Below, piece by piece: positions 50,329-61,523 of a stretch of DNA of 64,000 nt. Numbering within the stretch: position 1 is the first letter of the stretch; every line of letters starts with the position of its first letter. The stretch lies in NCBI GenBank assembly GCA_963749075.1, contig CAVVLJ010000016.1:32001-96000 (forward strand). Direction: 5' to 3'. The DNA comes from an uncultured Pseudomonadota bacterium. GTDB lineage: Bacteria > Pseudomonadota > Alphaproteobacteria > JACZXZ01. Under the pieces are notes generated by a model. It was not told the DNA's origin. It worked only from the letters and a program-made list of their open reading frames with translations, and searched no databases. The translations under genes were made by a program, and so were the position numbers.

Positions 50329-51333
50329 TCAGGCGTTGCGCGCGGCCTTGGCCTCCGCGATCACCGCGGCGGGATCGAAGGCGTCGAAGTCATCGACGAG
50401 CGCGCCCGTGAAATAGTCCTGAGGCGCGCGCCGCGTACGGATTGCCCGGGTTGCCAGCATGAACTCCTGCCAGGCGGCGATCTCGCCCTCCGTGATGGCG
50501 CCCCAGCGCCTGACCGGCGCGTCCTCGGGCCGGGAGTTCTCGAGCCGTACCCGCAGCACCGCGAGGTCGCGCTTGAGGCGCGATACCTCCTCGCCCGGGC
50601 GCGGACGCGTTTCCGGGACGTGCTGCCAGACGAGGCGGATGGCGGCCTCGGGATCGGTCATGGTGAAGAGCGTCGCCTTGGCGAGTGCGCGGCCGTAGCC
50701 GCCGAGAACTCCGGCGCGCGCGGCTACGGTGCGGTCGTGGGCATAGACCGAGGCCGAGGGCGTCAGGCGGTCGAGCGTGTGCGCCGGCAGCCGCCGCAAG
50801 GGCGCCTCCGCCGCCGCGAACAGGCCGTAGACGAGATCGAGCTGCCAGATCGCCTGGATCTCGCCGGCGCGCATGGCCTTGACCATCTCGTCCGCCTCGT
50901 CGAGCGGTCCGCGCCACTCGACGAAGCTCACGTCGCGCTCGGGATCGAGGCCCTCGTCGATCAGCGCCGCGCGGGCGAAATAGAGGAGATCGGCGAAATG
51001 GAGCGCTATACGGGCACCCTTGAGATCGGCCACGCGCCGGATCTGGCTTTCGGCGAGCACGGCGAACGAGCGGTTCATGCGCCGGGCGAAGGCATAGAAC
51101 ATGCGGAACGGCTCGCCGCGGTCGCGCGCGACGAAGCCGAAGGCCGTATTCACGAAGGTCATGTCGCCGCGGCCTGAGACGACGCCGGCGAGCGCATCCG
51201 TGGGCGAGCCCGCGGCCACGTTCTCGAGTGCTATGCCCTCGGCGCGGTCGTAACCGAGGGCGGAGACGAGGGCGATCGGCGCATATCCCGGCCAGATATA
51301 GGGCAGTGGAACAAGCATCTTGAGCGGCTGCAT
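50329..51333 (-). CDS. SsuA/THI5(NMT1)-fold binding protein, no signal peptide
   Basis: GY..EGI, S.IRRVADLKG, GRALAKA..F..TDPEAA. Confidence 0.8.
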   Translation of the reverse strand: MQPLKMLVPLPYIWPGYAPIALVSALGYDRAEGIALENVAAGSPTDALAGVVSGRGDMTFVNTAFGFVARDRGEPFRMFYAFARRMNRSFAVLAESQIRRVADLKGARIALHFADLLYFARAALIDEGLDPERDVSFVEWRGPLDEADEMVKAMRAGEIQAIWQLDLVYGLFAAAEAPLRRLPAHTLDRLTPSASVYAHDRTVAARAGVLGGYGRALAKATLFTMTDPEAAIRLVWQHVPETRPRPGEEVSRLKRDLAVLRVRLENSRPEDAPVRRWGAITEGEIAAWQEFMLATRAIRTRRAPQDYFTGALVDDFDAFDPAAVIAEAKAARNA

Positions 51334-51357
51334 GGTCGTTCGTCTCCCCGAAAATTC

Positions 51358-52380
51358 TCACGCCGGCAGGCGAAAGGCACGCGCCTCTGCGACCACCGCC
51401 TCGGCGTCGAAACCGTTGTAGCGATCGACGAGTGCTGCCGTAAAATACTCCTCGGGATCGCGCCGCGTGGCGATCGCCTTGGTGCGCAGCATGAAGTCCT
51501 GCCAGATTTCGACTTCCCCGCGGGTGACGGCGCCCCAGCGCGGATCGGGCGCCTCCGCGATGCCGCTCAGTGCCAGGCGATCCTTGAGGATCGCGAGATC
51601 GCGCCGCATGACGCGCGCCTCGTCGCCCGCGGCCGGACGCGCCTCGGGCACGTCGCGCCAGAGGAGCTGCACGGTCGCCTCCGGGTTCGTCATCGCGAAG
51701 AGCGTGCCCTTGGCGACCGCCCGGCCGAGCGCGGCGTAGGCCTCGGGCCGCGCGCGGATGAGATCGTCGCGGCCGTAGAGGCAGGCCGCGGGCGTGAGCC
51801 CGTCGATGGCCGGCGCCGGCAAGCGGCGGAGCGGCAGGCCGGCCACGGAGAAGAGGCCGTAATTGATGTCGAGCTGCCACACCGCCTGAACCTCGCCCGA
51901 GCGGACGGCAGCGACCATGCGCTCCTCGTCGAAGGGCCAGCCAGGCAGCGGCACGAAGCGGACGTGGCACTGAGGATCGAGCCCCTCGCCGGCCAGTGCC
52001 GCGTTGGCGAAATCGAGGAGGTCGGGAAAATGGAGGCCGATCACCTTGCCCTTGAGATCGGCGAGCCGCGCGATCGGGCTCTCGAGCGGCACGGCGAAGG
52101 AGCGGTTCTGCTTGCGCGCGACGCTGAAGAAGCTGCGGAACGGCTGGCCGCGGTCGCGCACGAGAAAGTTGAACACCATGTTGACGAAGCCGACGCCCTC
52201 GCCGGCGAGCGCTCCCGCGATCGACTGCCGCGGCGAACCGGCGGCCACGACCTTGAGGTCGAGGCCCTCCTTGGCGGCGTAGCCGAGCGACTGCGCCATG
52301 AGCACCGGCGCATAGCCGGCAGGCACATAGGGGACAGGGGCGAGGACCTTGAGCGAGCCCAGCGAGCGGCTTGCGGCCAT
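51358..52380 (-). CDS. SsuA/THI5(NMT1)-fold binding protein paralog, no signal peptide
   Basis: GY..KEGLD, SPIARLADLKGK.IG, GRAVAKG..F..TNPEA. Confidence 0.8.
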   Translation of the reverse strand: MAASRSLGSLKVLAPVPYVPAGYAPVLMAQSLGYAAKEGLDLKVVAAGSPRQSIAGALAGEGVGFVNMVFNFLVRDRGQPFRSFFSVARKQNRSFAVPLESPIARLADLKGKVIGLHFPDLLDFANAALAGEGLDPQCHVRFVPLPGWPFDEERMVAAVRSGEVQAVWQLDINYGLFSVAGLPLRRLPAPAIDGLTPAACLYGRDDLIRARPEAYAALGRAVAKGTLFAMTNPEATVQLLWRDVPEARPAAGDEARVMRRDLAILKDRLALSGIAEAPDPRWGAVTRGEVEIWQDFMLRTKAIATRRDPEEYFTAALVDRYNGFDAEAVVAEARAFRLPA

Positions 52381-52577
52381 TCTTATGTCTCTTACGTCTC
52401 TTCGTGTTGCCGGCGCCTGGGGCGGTCGGGCGCCGATGATCGGCGCGGCATCGCAGGCGAGTCAAGCAAAGCGTCGGGCGGGAGGCGCATAAGTTGCAGC
52501 AGCGGTGTGCCAGCGCCAACCGGCGCGCGTGACGTGCGGCGCGCTTGCCGGCGGACGTGTGCTTGCGGCAGCGCGTG

Positions 52578-53582
52578 CTAAGCCTGCCGGCTCCCCTCGC
52601 TGGCAAGAGTGCGCCAGAGCGCGGTCAACTCATCGAGCGCTGCGCTCGGGAGCGGTCCCTTGCTGACGGCGGCCGCGGCGGCTTCCAGTTGACCGACGGT
52701 CGCGGTGCCGACCAGCACGGTCGTCATCGCGTCGTTCGAGATGACGAAACGGAGCGCTGCCTCGATCAGGCCGGCGGCGTGCCCCGCGCGGACCAGCGCA
52801 GCGAAGTGCCGCGCCCGCGCCACGTCCGTTCGGTAGTCGGGCCCGGAGGCGATCGGGGCGACCGCGGGCGCTGCGATGGCATGGCGCGTCTCGCTGCCGC
52901 TCAAGGCGCCGCCCGCGAGGACGCGGATGCCGATGGTGCCCATCCCGGCAACGCTGGCGCGCTTGGCGATGCTCTCGAAGTCCTGCGCGGGAAAGCCGGG
53001 CGGCAGCGCTGCGACAGCACTCGGATTGAGGAGGTTCAGGCAAATCTGCGCGGTATCGAAGGCGCCGGACTCGACGACCCTCAGGAGCGACGGCGTGTCG
53101 CCGAGCGCCGTGATGCCGCAGAAGCGGATCTTGCCTTGCCGCTTGAGGCTCTCGAGTGCGGGTGCTACCTCCGCGATCACGCTCGCGGCGTCGAGCGGCC
53201 GGTCGCCGCCCTCCCGGGCGATCCTGTTGTGGAGCTGCAGGAGATCGATCTGCTCGCGGCCGAGGCGCCGGAGGCTGCGCTCGAGGGATGCCGTCACGGC
53301 CTCGGCGACATGGCCGCGGTCGTGGGGGAGGATCGTGAACTTGGTGCTGAGGAAGATCGCGGGACGCAGGCTCCTGAGGACGCGGCCGAGCGCCTCCTCC
53401 GAGGCGCCGTCGCCATAGGCCGCCGCCGTGTCGAAATAGTTGATGCCGAGCTCGAGGGCGCGTGCGACGGCGCGCTCCTGATCGCCCGGCGCTCCCCGCA
53501 CCATGAGCCCGCCCACCGCCCCGCAGCCGAAGCCGAGGACCGAGAGCCTGGCGCCGGTCGCACCCAGTATTCTCTGTTCCAT
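52578..53582 (-). CDS. Aldo/keto reductase
   Basis: GINYFDTAAAYG.G.SE, STK, IDLLQLHN. Confidence 0.92.
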   Translation of the reverse strand: MEQRILGATGARLSVLGFGCGAVGGLMVRGAPGDQERAVARALELGINYFDTAAAYGDGASEEALGRVLRSLRPAIFLSTKFTILPHDRGHVAEAVTASLERSLRRLGREQIDLLQLHNRIAREGGDRPLDAASVIAEVAPALESLKRQGKIRFCGITALGDTPSLLRVVESGAFDTAQICLNLLNPSAVAALPPGFPAQDFESIAKRASVAGMGTIGIRVLAGGALSGSETRHAIAAPAVAPIASGPDYRTDVARARHFAALVRAGHAAGLIEAALRFVISNDAMTTVLVGTATVGQLEAAAAAVSKGPLPSAALDELTALWRTLASEGSRQA

Positions 53583-53662
53583 CGTAATGACCGACGTTGC
53601 CTAGTACCTGGATTCATTGATGCGCAGCACACCCCCCTCCCTAACCCTCCCCCCTCAAGGGG

Positions 53663-54858
53663 CAGGGCTATCGCATATGAGTAAAGAGGTCGAAGAAGAA
53701 TTCTCTGCTCCACGATGCGCGCTTCATTTTTCGGGAGATGGAGCGAGTATCGGGATGAGCTCGCAAGATGTCGAGTGCCATTCGCCGGATGACTGCAAGA
53801 TTTTGTGGGCCGTAATTCTTTCGCGTTCGGGCGTCGTCCTCGTGGAAGACGACGTTGAGGGACCAATGAAGGTGGTTTTCGACACTCCAATGGGCGCGCG
53901 TCACATCGAGCACTTGGCGCGGCGAGAGACGCTTGGAGAGCGCCACGTAGCGGGCGGCGGTTTCGCGCTTGCCGCTGTGGGCGGTGCGCTCGGCCTCGAT
54001 GCGGGCCAAGGCCGCGAGATGTGGGAACGCCGGCGCGTTGGCCGGCGCGGCGATGACGCTGACCCGGCGCCGTTCGCGGCGGTCGTGGCCGCTTTCGAGC
54101 TGTTCGTGCGAGCTGAGCCGGCCCGCAGCCTCGGCCCTCGCGAAGCCGGCAAGCGCGGCACGATGGAGCGGTCCGTGGTTGCCCTTCAGTCCAAGGGCAT
54201 AGTGAGCGCCACTCGCGCGGACCGCTTCGGCCATGCGCGGATGACAATGCAGCGCGTCGGCGGTGACGGTACAGCCTTTCAGCACCAAGCTTTTCAGCAC
54301 GTCCAGCGTGGCGGCGATCTCGTCGCCCCCCTCGGCGCGGCGCGCCGCGATCGACAGCCGCGTCTCGGCATCCCACACACTGACCATCAGCGGCGGCATG
54401 AAGGCGCGACCCCGCTCGTAGCCGCGGCGCAGGCTCTTGCCGTCGATGGCGACAACGCCCCGCGGCGCGCCCAGCCCCAGCGCCGTCCGCAGCGCCTGGG
54501 CAAAGCGGGCGAGCGCCGTGGCCAATTCCGCCGGCTCGAGCAGCCGGAACAGCCGGCTGAAGCAGTCGTGGCTCGGCACGCCATGCGGCAGCTCGACAAT
54601 CTCGCCAAGCATTTGCCCATTCGCCTCGCCAAAGTCGGCAATATCGACCGCACTCTTCGCCCCGCACAGCGTCGCTGCCAGCGAGATGAACAGCATCGAA
54701 CCCACCAAATGCCGCGAATTCACGTCCCTCGGGTCGCGAACTTCTCGGAAAATACTGATCAGTGTTTCCATCGAAGGCCCCTCCACCAGAAGAGAGCCTT
54801 CTCAGAATCCAATTTCGCCCCGCACGCAATAGATCTTTACTCATATGCGATTCCCCTG
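53663..54858 (-). mobile_element. Complete ISAs1-family insertion sequence, 1196 bp
   Basis: 25-bp terminal IRs cagggctatcgcatatgagtaaaga / caggggaatcgcatatgagtaaaga (23/25); flanks ccctcaagggg / ccctcgagggg. Confidence 0.93.
53668..54786 (-). CDS. ISAs1 family transposase
   Basis: DPR, GVPSHD, AIDGK, ADALHC, LKGN, HWSVEN.LHW; stop codon lies inside the IR. Confidence 0.95.
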   Translation of the reverse strand: MEGPSMETLISIFREVRDPRDVNSRHLVGSMLFISLAATLCGAKSAVDIADFGEANGQMLGEIVELPHGVPSHDCFSRLFRLLEPAELATALARFAQALRTALGLGAPRGVVAIDGKSLRRGYERGRAFMPPLMVSVWDAETRLSIAARRAEGGDEIAATLDVLKSLVLKGCTVTADALHCHPRMAEAVRASGAHYALGLKGNHGPLHRAALAGFARAEAAGRLSSHEQLESGHDRRERRRVSVIAAPANAPAFPHLAALARIEAERTAHSGKRETAARYVALSKRLSPRQVLDVTRAHWSVENHLHWSLNVVFHEDDARTRKNYGPQNLAVIRRMALDILRAHPDTRSISRKMKRASWSREFFFDLFTHMR

Positions 54859-54964
54859 CCCTCGAGGGGGGAGGGGAACTGTACGGCGAAGCAACATAAT
54901 ACCCCCTCCCCCTTGAGGGGGGAGGGTGGGGAGGGGGTGACGCACGCTTCAACGATAGTGAGCG

Positions 54965-55495
54965 CTAGACCGGATAGACGAGCGAATTGTCGATCCTGAT
55001 CGTGTCGTAGACGCAGTGGCGCTCCTTGAGGAGGAGGCGCTCGTCATGCCGCGTGAAGCGGTCGAAGTAGCGCCCGGCCTGGAGGATGCGGGTCTCCTCG
55101 TCGAGGAGCGTCTGGAGCACGAGGTAGTTGGCCTCGGCGGCGATCTCGCCTTGGGCGCTCGCCGCGGTGACGCGGACGTTGCTCACCATGTGAAGAAGAT
55201 AGCGCGGGGCGAACATCGCGGTATGGGCGATGGCGAAGGCGCGGTCGCGGATCATCGCGATCCCCTCGCAATAGACGAGGCCGACCGGCAGCCCGGCTTC
55301 CGCGTTCTCCCGCGCGGTGATGCGGTAGAGGGCGTCCTCGGCGAAGAAGCGCGGCCACTCCTCGATGCGCCCGTTGTCGAGCACGTAGCAGTACTCGGCG
55401 TGGAACTCCTCGATGCGGCTGCGCAGTTCGCGGAAGGCCGCCTGGACGACCGGGCCCTCGGGAAATCCCGCGAGCCGCAGGGGTGCCGTCTCCAC
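54965..55495 (-). CDS. Ring-hydroxylating oxygenase beta subunit (NagH-like)
   Basis: WP.FF.ED..Y.IT.REN, AGRY.D, ends LVYPV. Confidence 0.92.
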   Translation of the reverse strand: METAPLRLAGFPEGPVVQAAFRELRSRIEEFHAEYCYVLDNGRIEEWPRFFAEDALYRITARENAEAGLPVGLVYCEGIAMIRDRAFAIAHTAMFAPRYLLHMVSNVRVTAASAQGEIAAEANYLVLQTLLDEETRILQAGRYFDRFTRHDERLLLKERHCVYDTIRIDNSLVYPV

Positions 55496-55496
55496 C

Positions 55497-56786
55497 TCAG
55501 AGCTCCATGACGCCGCGCCAATGGCGGTACATGGAGCGGATCGCCGCTTCGGTGATGAGCGTACGCGAGCTTCCCTCCGTGCGGCCGCCGAGCTCGACGA
55601 GGCCCGCCATCTCGCGCGGCGATTTGCGGATACCGTCCTGCACGAACTTCATCGCCTCGTTGTCCTCGAGCCCGAGGAAGCCGGCCGGCCCCATGAGATT
55701 GCCCTGGCGCAGCCGGTGGCGCGTCATCGCCTCGTCGTCGCCCTCGAAGCCGAACATGGTCCAGATCATGGTGAAGCTGTCGGGCCCGTGCGGCACGATC
55801 TGCCGCGTGCCGAGCGTGTTGAGCTCGCGCTGCACGATGAGATTGGGCCAGATGGTCAGCATGGTGACCGACCACGGCGAGCGGAATTCCTTGACGTAGT
55901 CGAGGATGCGCGGATCGGCGAGCGTCATGTTCTCGTGGTAGGCGCGGATCTCGCGCTTGCTCGCCGCGTCGACCGCGGCCCCCTCCTCGCGCTTGGCCGA
56001 GCCCATGACGCCGTGGCGCCCCGTGGGATCGACGATCATCGCCGACTCGTTGCCGGCGACGAGCAGCCCGAAGCTGACGAGATAGGCGTGCAGCAGCGTC
56101 GCGTGATAGGGGTCCTTGAGGTTCTCGTGGTAGAGCTTCCAATTGGCCGGCTGCGTGTTGCGGTAGTAGCCGAGCACCTTGAGGCCGCGGCCGTCGAAGG
56201 TCGCCTCGAAGTCGCGCAGGATCTCCGGCGTGAGATAGTCGGCGAGCGGCTCCATGCCCTCGGCGTAGCTCGCGAAGACGACGCCGCGGTGGCTCGTGAC
56301 GTTGAGCCGGCGCGGCCCGTGCGCCGAGGGATCGAAGTCCGGCGGCATGCCGCCTTCGCGCTTGAGCCCGCGGCGGAAGGGAATGCCCATCAGCCTGCCC
56401 GCAAGGTCGTAGGTCCATTGGTGGTAAGGGCAGACGAATTCCTTGGCGCTGCCGCGCTGCGACTGGCAGAACTCGGCGCCGCGGTGGGCGCAGCGGTTCT
56501 CGAAGACGCGGAGCTCGCCCTCCGGGTCGCGCGCCAGGATGACGGGGGTGGGGCCGACGAAGCTGCGCTTGAAGTCGCCCGGCCGCGGCACCTCGGCCTC
56601 GAGCCCGACGTAGTTCCAGGCGCGGCCGTGGAAGATGCGCTCGACCTCGCGCTCGTAGATCTCGCGGCTGGTATAGACCCAGTCGGGAATGCGCGTGAGG
56701 CCCTCCGGAGGCCAGGCAAAGCGGCCGTCGGCAAAGTAGTTGGCGCCGTGCGCTGCCGCGCTGCCGGCCTCGCGCGCGTCGTCCAT
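55497..56786 (-). CDS. Rieske oxygenase alpha subunit (salicylate 5-hydroxylase/NagG-like group)
   Basis: CAH..CPYH Rieske motif, ENLKDPYHATLLH, GPAG...LED. Confidence 0.93.
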   Translation of the reverse strand: MDDAREAGSAAAHGANYFADGRFAWPPEGLTRIPDWVYTSREIYEREVERIFHGRAWNYVGLEAEVPRPGDFKRSFVGPTPVILARDPEGELRVFENRCAHRGAEFCQSQRGSAKEFVCPYHQWTYDLAGRLMGIPFRRGLKREGGMPPDFDPSAHGPRRLNVTSHRGVVFASYAEGMEPLADYLTPEILRDFEATFDGRGLKVLGYYRNTQPANWKLYHENLKDPYHATLLHAYLVSFGLLVAGNESAMIVDPTGRHGVMGSAKREEGAAVDAASKREIRAYHENMTLADPRILDYVKEFRSPWSVTMLTIWPNLIVQRELNTLGTRQIVPHGPDSFTMIWTMFGFEGDDEAMTRHRLRQGNLMGPAGFLGLEDNEAMKFVQDGIRKSPREMAGLVELGGRTEGSSRTLITEAAIRSMYRHWRGVMEL

Positions 56787-56817
56787 TCCGGCCTCCGAGG
56801 CGGTGCTTCCGATATAG

Positions 56818-56829
56818 GCAGTGTACTGA
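56818..56829. promoter_or_regulatory. Second copy of MarR-type operator
   Basis: gcagtgtactga versus gcagtatactga at 37876-37887. Confidence 0.6.
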
Positions 56830-56930
56830 CGATTGCGCCCTGGGGCAACGGCTAAGCGCGGCGCTTGCCGCGCCGCCGCCGCGGGCCTAGTCTCCATGAG
56901 CGATCGCTCAGCACGTACCGGGAGGGGATC

Positions 56931-57299
56931 ATGGCGCTCGAGCCGCTCGCCAAGGAAGGCCACTTCTTCCACATCTACGATTTCCGCGTGAAGCCGGGGA
57001 GGGGCGATGAATTCATCAGCCTCTTCAACGCCTTCGATTACTCTCCGGAAAATCCCATGCACAAGTCGGCGGCCCAGGTGAAGGACGGCGTGCTGTGCCG
57101 CGACGTGAGCGACCCCGACCGCTTCTGGCTCATCGGCGAGTGGCGCGACATCGAGGTGCACGCGCAGATCCGCAAGCTCCTCGCCGAGGAGCTGCGCCCC
57201 GCCTTCATCGGGCTGATCCAGGGCGGCAAGTTCGTGCCCGCCTACGCCCGCATCGTCTCCGCGACCCCGCAGGAGGTGCTCGACAAGGCGGCCGAGTAG
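56931..57299 (+). CDS. ABM (antibiotic biosynthesis monooxygenase)-like protein
   Basis: FRVKPG, RD.SDP..F.LI.EW; GGAGG RBS. Confidence 0.8.
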   Translation: MALEPLAKEGHFFHIYDFRVKPGRGDEFISLFNAFDYSPENPMHKSAAQVKDGVLCRDVSDPDRFWLIGEWRDIEVHAQIRKLLAEELRPAFIGLIQGGKFVPAYARIVSATPQEVLDKAAE

Positions 57300-57376
57300 T
57301 GCTGCCGGCGGCAGCCGCATCCGGGCGGTGGCCGAGACGGCGCCCAAGCAAGGTATGCGGGCTCCGCGCGCGGGAC

Positions 57377-57477
57377 ACCCCCCTCCCTACCCTCCCCCTC
57401 AAGGGGGGAGGGGAAGTGGAAAGCCTCGCGCCAAATTTCCCCCTCCCCCCTTGAGGGGGAGGGTTGGGGTGGGGGGT
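57377..57477. repeat. BoxC-like palindromic doublet, family B copy 3
   Basis: acccccctccctaccctccccctcaaggggggagggg ... cccctccccccttgagggggagggttggggtggggggt. Confidence 0.9.
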
Positions 57478-57541
57478 TAACGAAGATGAGCTTACAGAGT
57501 AAAGAGCATGCCGTCTGGCAGTGGAGATACGACAGCGCCGC

Positions 57542-59635
<2,094 letters not shown>

Positions 59636-61366
59636 TCAGCGAGCGCTCGCGGCGATCAGGCTGTCGGCGGCCGCGCGCGCCGCGTCGGTGACGCGCCGGC
59701 CCGAGAGCATGCGCGCGATCTCCTCGCGCCGCGCCGCCGCCGCGAGCTCCTCGACGAGGGTGAGGGCCGCCGCCCCGCCACGCCCGCCCGCGTCCTTGCT
59801 CACGCGCCAGTGATGCACCCCGCGCGCCGCCACCTGGGGCGAGTGCGTCACCACCAGCACCTGGAGCTCGCGGCCGAGGCGCTGCAGGCGCTCGCCGACC
59901 GCCGCCGCGGTCGCCCCGCCGATGCCGGAATCGACCTCGTCGAACACCAGCGTCGGCGCCGCACCGACGCGGGAGAGCACCACCTTGAGCGCCAGCATGA
60001 AGCGGGCAAGCTCGCCGCCGGAGGCGATCCTGGCGATGGGGCCCATGGCCGTTCCCGGGTTGGTCGCCACCTCGAAGGCGACGCGCTCGAGGCCGTGCTC
60101 GCCCCAGTCCGCTTCCTCGAGCGCTGCGAGCCGGGTCGCGAAGCGTGCCGCCTCGAGCTTGAGCGGCGGCAGCTCCGCCGCGACCGCGCGGTCGAGGCGT
60201 GCTGCCGCATCCGCGCGCGCCGCCGAGAGCGCGGTAGCTGCGCGCACATAGTCCGCGCGCGCCGCCGCCGTGCGCTCCTCGTGCCGACGCCTCGCCTCGC
60301 TGCCCTCGTCGATCGCCGCGAGCCGGGCCGCGAAGCGCTCGCGCAAGCCGGGCAGCGCCTCGGGCGGGACCTGGTGCTTGCGCGCGAGATCGCGCAGCGC
60401 GTAAAGGCGCTCGTCCACCGCCTCGAGCCGTCCGGGCTCGGCGTCGACCGCGCTGCCGAAGGCTTGCAGCGCCGCCACCGCCTCGCCGAGCTCGAGGCCG
60501 GCGCGGTCGAGCGCGGCAAGGGCGGCGTCGAGGCGTCCTCCCGCCTTCTCCGCCGCGCGCTCGAGCTGGCGCCGCGCGCGGCCAAGCGTGGCCTCGAGCC
60601 CCTCGCCGCGTCCCGCGCCATGTCCCTCGCCGCGTCCCTCGCCGCGTCCCTCCGGCTCGCCGCCGAGGAGGGCTAAGCTGGCGTTGAGCGCGTCGATCAC
60701 CTGCTCGCGGTGCATGAGGAGGGTGCGCTCCTCGGCGAGTGCCGCCTCCTCGCCCGGCTTGGGATCGAGGCCGGCGAACTCGGCCAGGGCATGGCGCAGG
60801 AACTCCTCCTCGCGCCGCGTCTCCTCGAGCTCGGCTGAGAAGGCCGCCTCGGCCGCCCGTGCGGCGCGCCAGGCGCGATCGGCCGCTGCCACCGCCGCGA
60901 CTAGGACCGCGTGACCGCCGAAGGCGTCGAGCGCTGCTCTGTGGCTCGCGGGGTCGAGCAGGCCGTGCTGATCGAGCTGGCCCTGGATCTCGACCAGGCT
61001 GTCGCCGAGCCGGCGGAGGAGACCGACGCTGACCGGCTGGTCGTTGACGAAGGCGCGGCTGCGCCCGTCCGCGGCCAGCACGCGGCGCAGCAGGAGAGGC
61101 TCCTCGCGCGCGAGCCCTTCCCCGCCGAGGATCGCCCAGACCGGGTGGCCGGCCGCGGGCTCGAAGGCGGCGGTGACGCTCGCCTGGGCAGCACCCTCGC
61201 GCAGAAGACCTACCTCGGCGCGCGCGCCGAGTGCCAAGCCGAGGGCGTCAAGGAGGATCGACTTGCCGGCGCCCGTCTCGCCGGTCAAGACCGAGAGGCC
61301 GGGATGGAAAGCGATGTCCAGCCGGTCGATCAGAACCACATCCCGGATCGATAGGCCGACGAGCAT
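59636..61366 (-). CDS. recN: DNA repair protein RecN
   Basis: GETGAGKS, ASGGE, FDEVDSGIGG, THSPQVAA. Confidence 0.96.
   Translation of the reverse strand: MLVGLSIRDVVLIDRLDIAFHPGLSVLTGETGAGKSILLDALGLALGARAEVGLLREGAAQASVTAAFEPAAGHPVWAILGGEGLAREEPLLLRRVLAADGRSRAFVNDQPVSVGLLRRLGDSLVEIQGQLDQHGLLDPASHRAALDAFGGHAVLVAAVAAADRAWRAARAAEAAFSAELEETRREEEFLRHALAEFAGLDPKPGEEAALAEERTLLMHREQVIDALNASLALLGGEPEGRGEGRGEGHGAGRGEGLEATLGRARRQLERAAEKAGGRLDAALAALDRAGLELGEAVAALQAFGSAVDAEPGRLEAVDERLYALRDLARKHQVPPEALPGLRERFAARLAAIDEGSEARRRHEERTAAARADYVRAATALSAARADAAARLDRAVAAELPPLKLEAARFATRLAALEEADWGEHGLERVAFEVATNPGTAMGPIARIASGGELARFMLALKVVLSRVGAAPTLVFDEVDSGIGGATAAAVGERLQRLGRELQVLVVTHSPQVAARGVHHWRVSKDAGGRGGAAALTLVEELAAAARREEIARMLSGRRVTDAARAAADSLIAASAR
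60600..60652 (-). repeat. 12-bp in-frame tandem repeat in recN (EGRG units)
   Basis: ccctcgccgcgt x3 plus one variant cccgcgccatgt. Confidence 0.85.
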
Positions 61367-61396
61367 TCGCGACTGCCCTGAAACATCGATGCGTAG

Positions 61397-61497
61397 ACCC
61401 CCCTCCCCAACCCTCCCCCTCAAGGGGGGAGGGGATGTCCGTGGCGCGGCAGCAAGCTTCCCCCTCCCCCTCGAAGGGGGAGGGTTGGGGAGGGGGT
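61397..61497. repeat. BoxC-like palindromic doublet, family B copy 4
   Basis: acccccctccccaaccctccccctcaaggggggagggg ... ccccctccccctcgaagggggagggttggggagggggt. Confidence 0.9.
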
Positions 61498-61523
61498 GAC
61501 GCTCGCTTAAGCGATCGTGAGCA

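Larger units (their letters stand above)
53631..54939. repeat. Family B doublet copy 2, split by the IS (arms 53631-53662 and 54859-54939)
   Basis: Removing the IS and one target duplicate rebuilds ccctcccccctc(a/g)aggggggaggg; partner arm at about 54902-54939. Confidence 0.85.

Noticed and set aside
52381-52407. 9-bp tandem repeat tcttatgtc/tcttacgtc/tcttcgtgt before the THI5-like gene
   Set aside because: Too short and degenerate to assign a function
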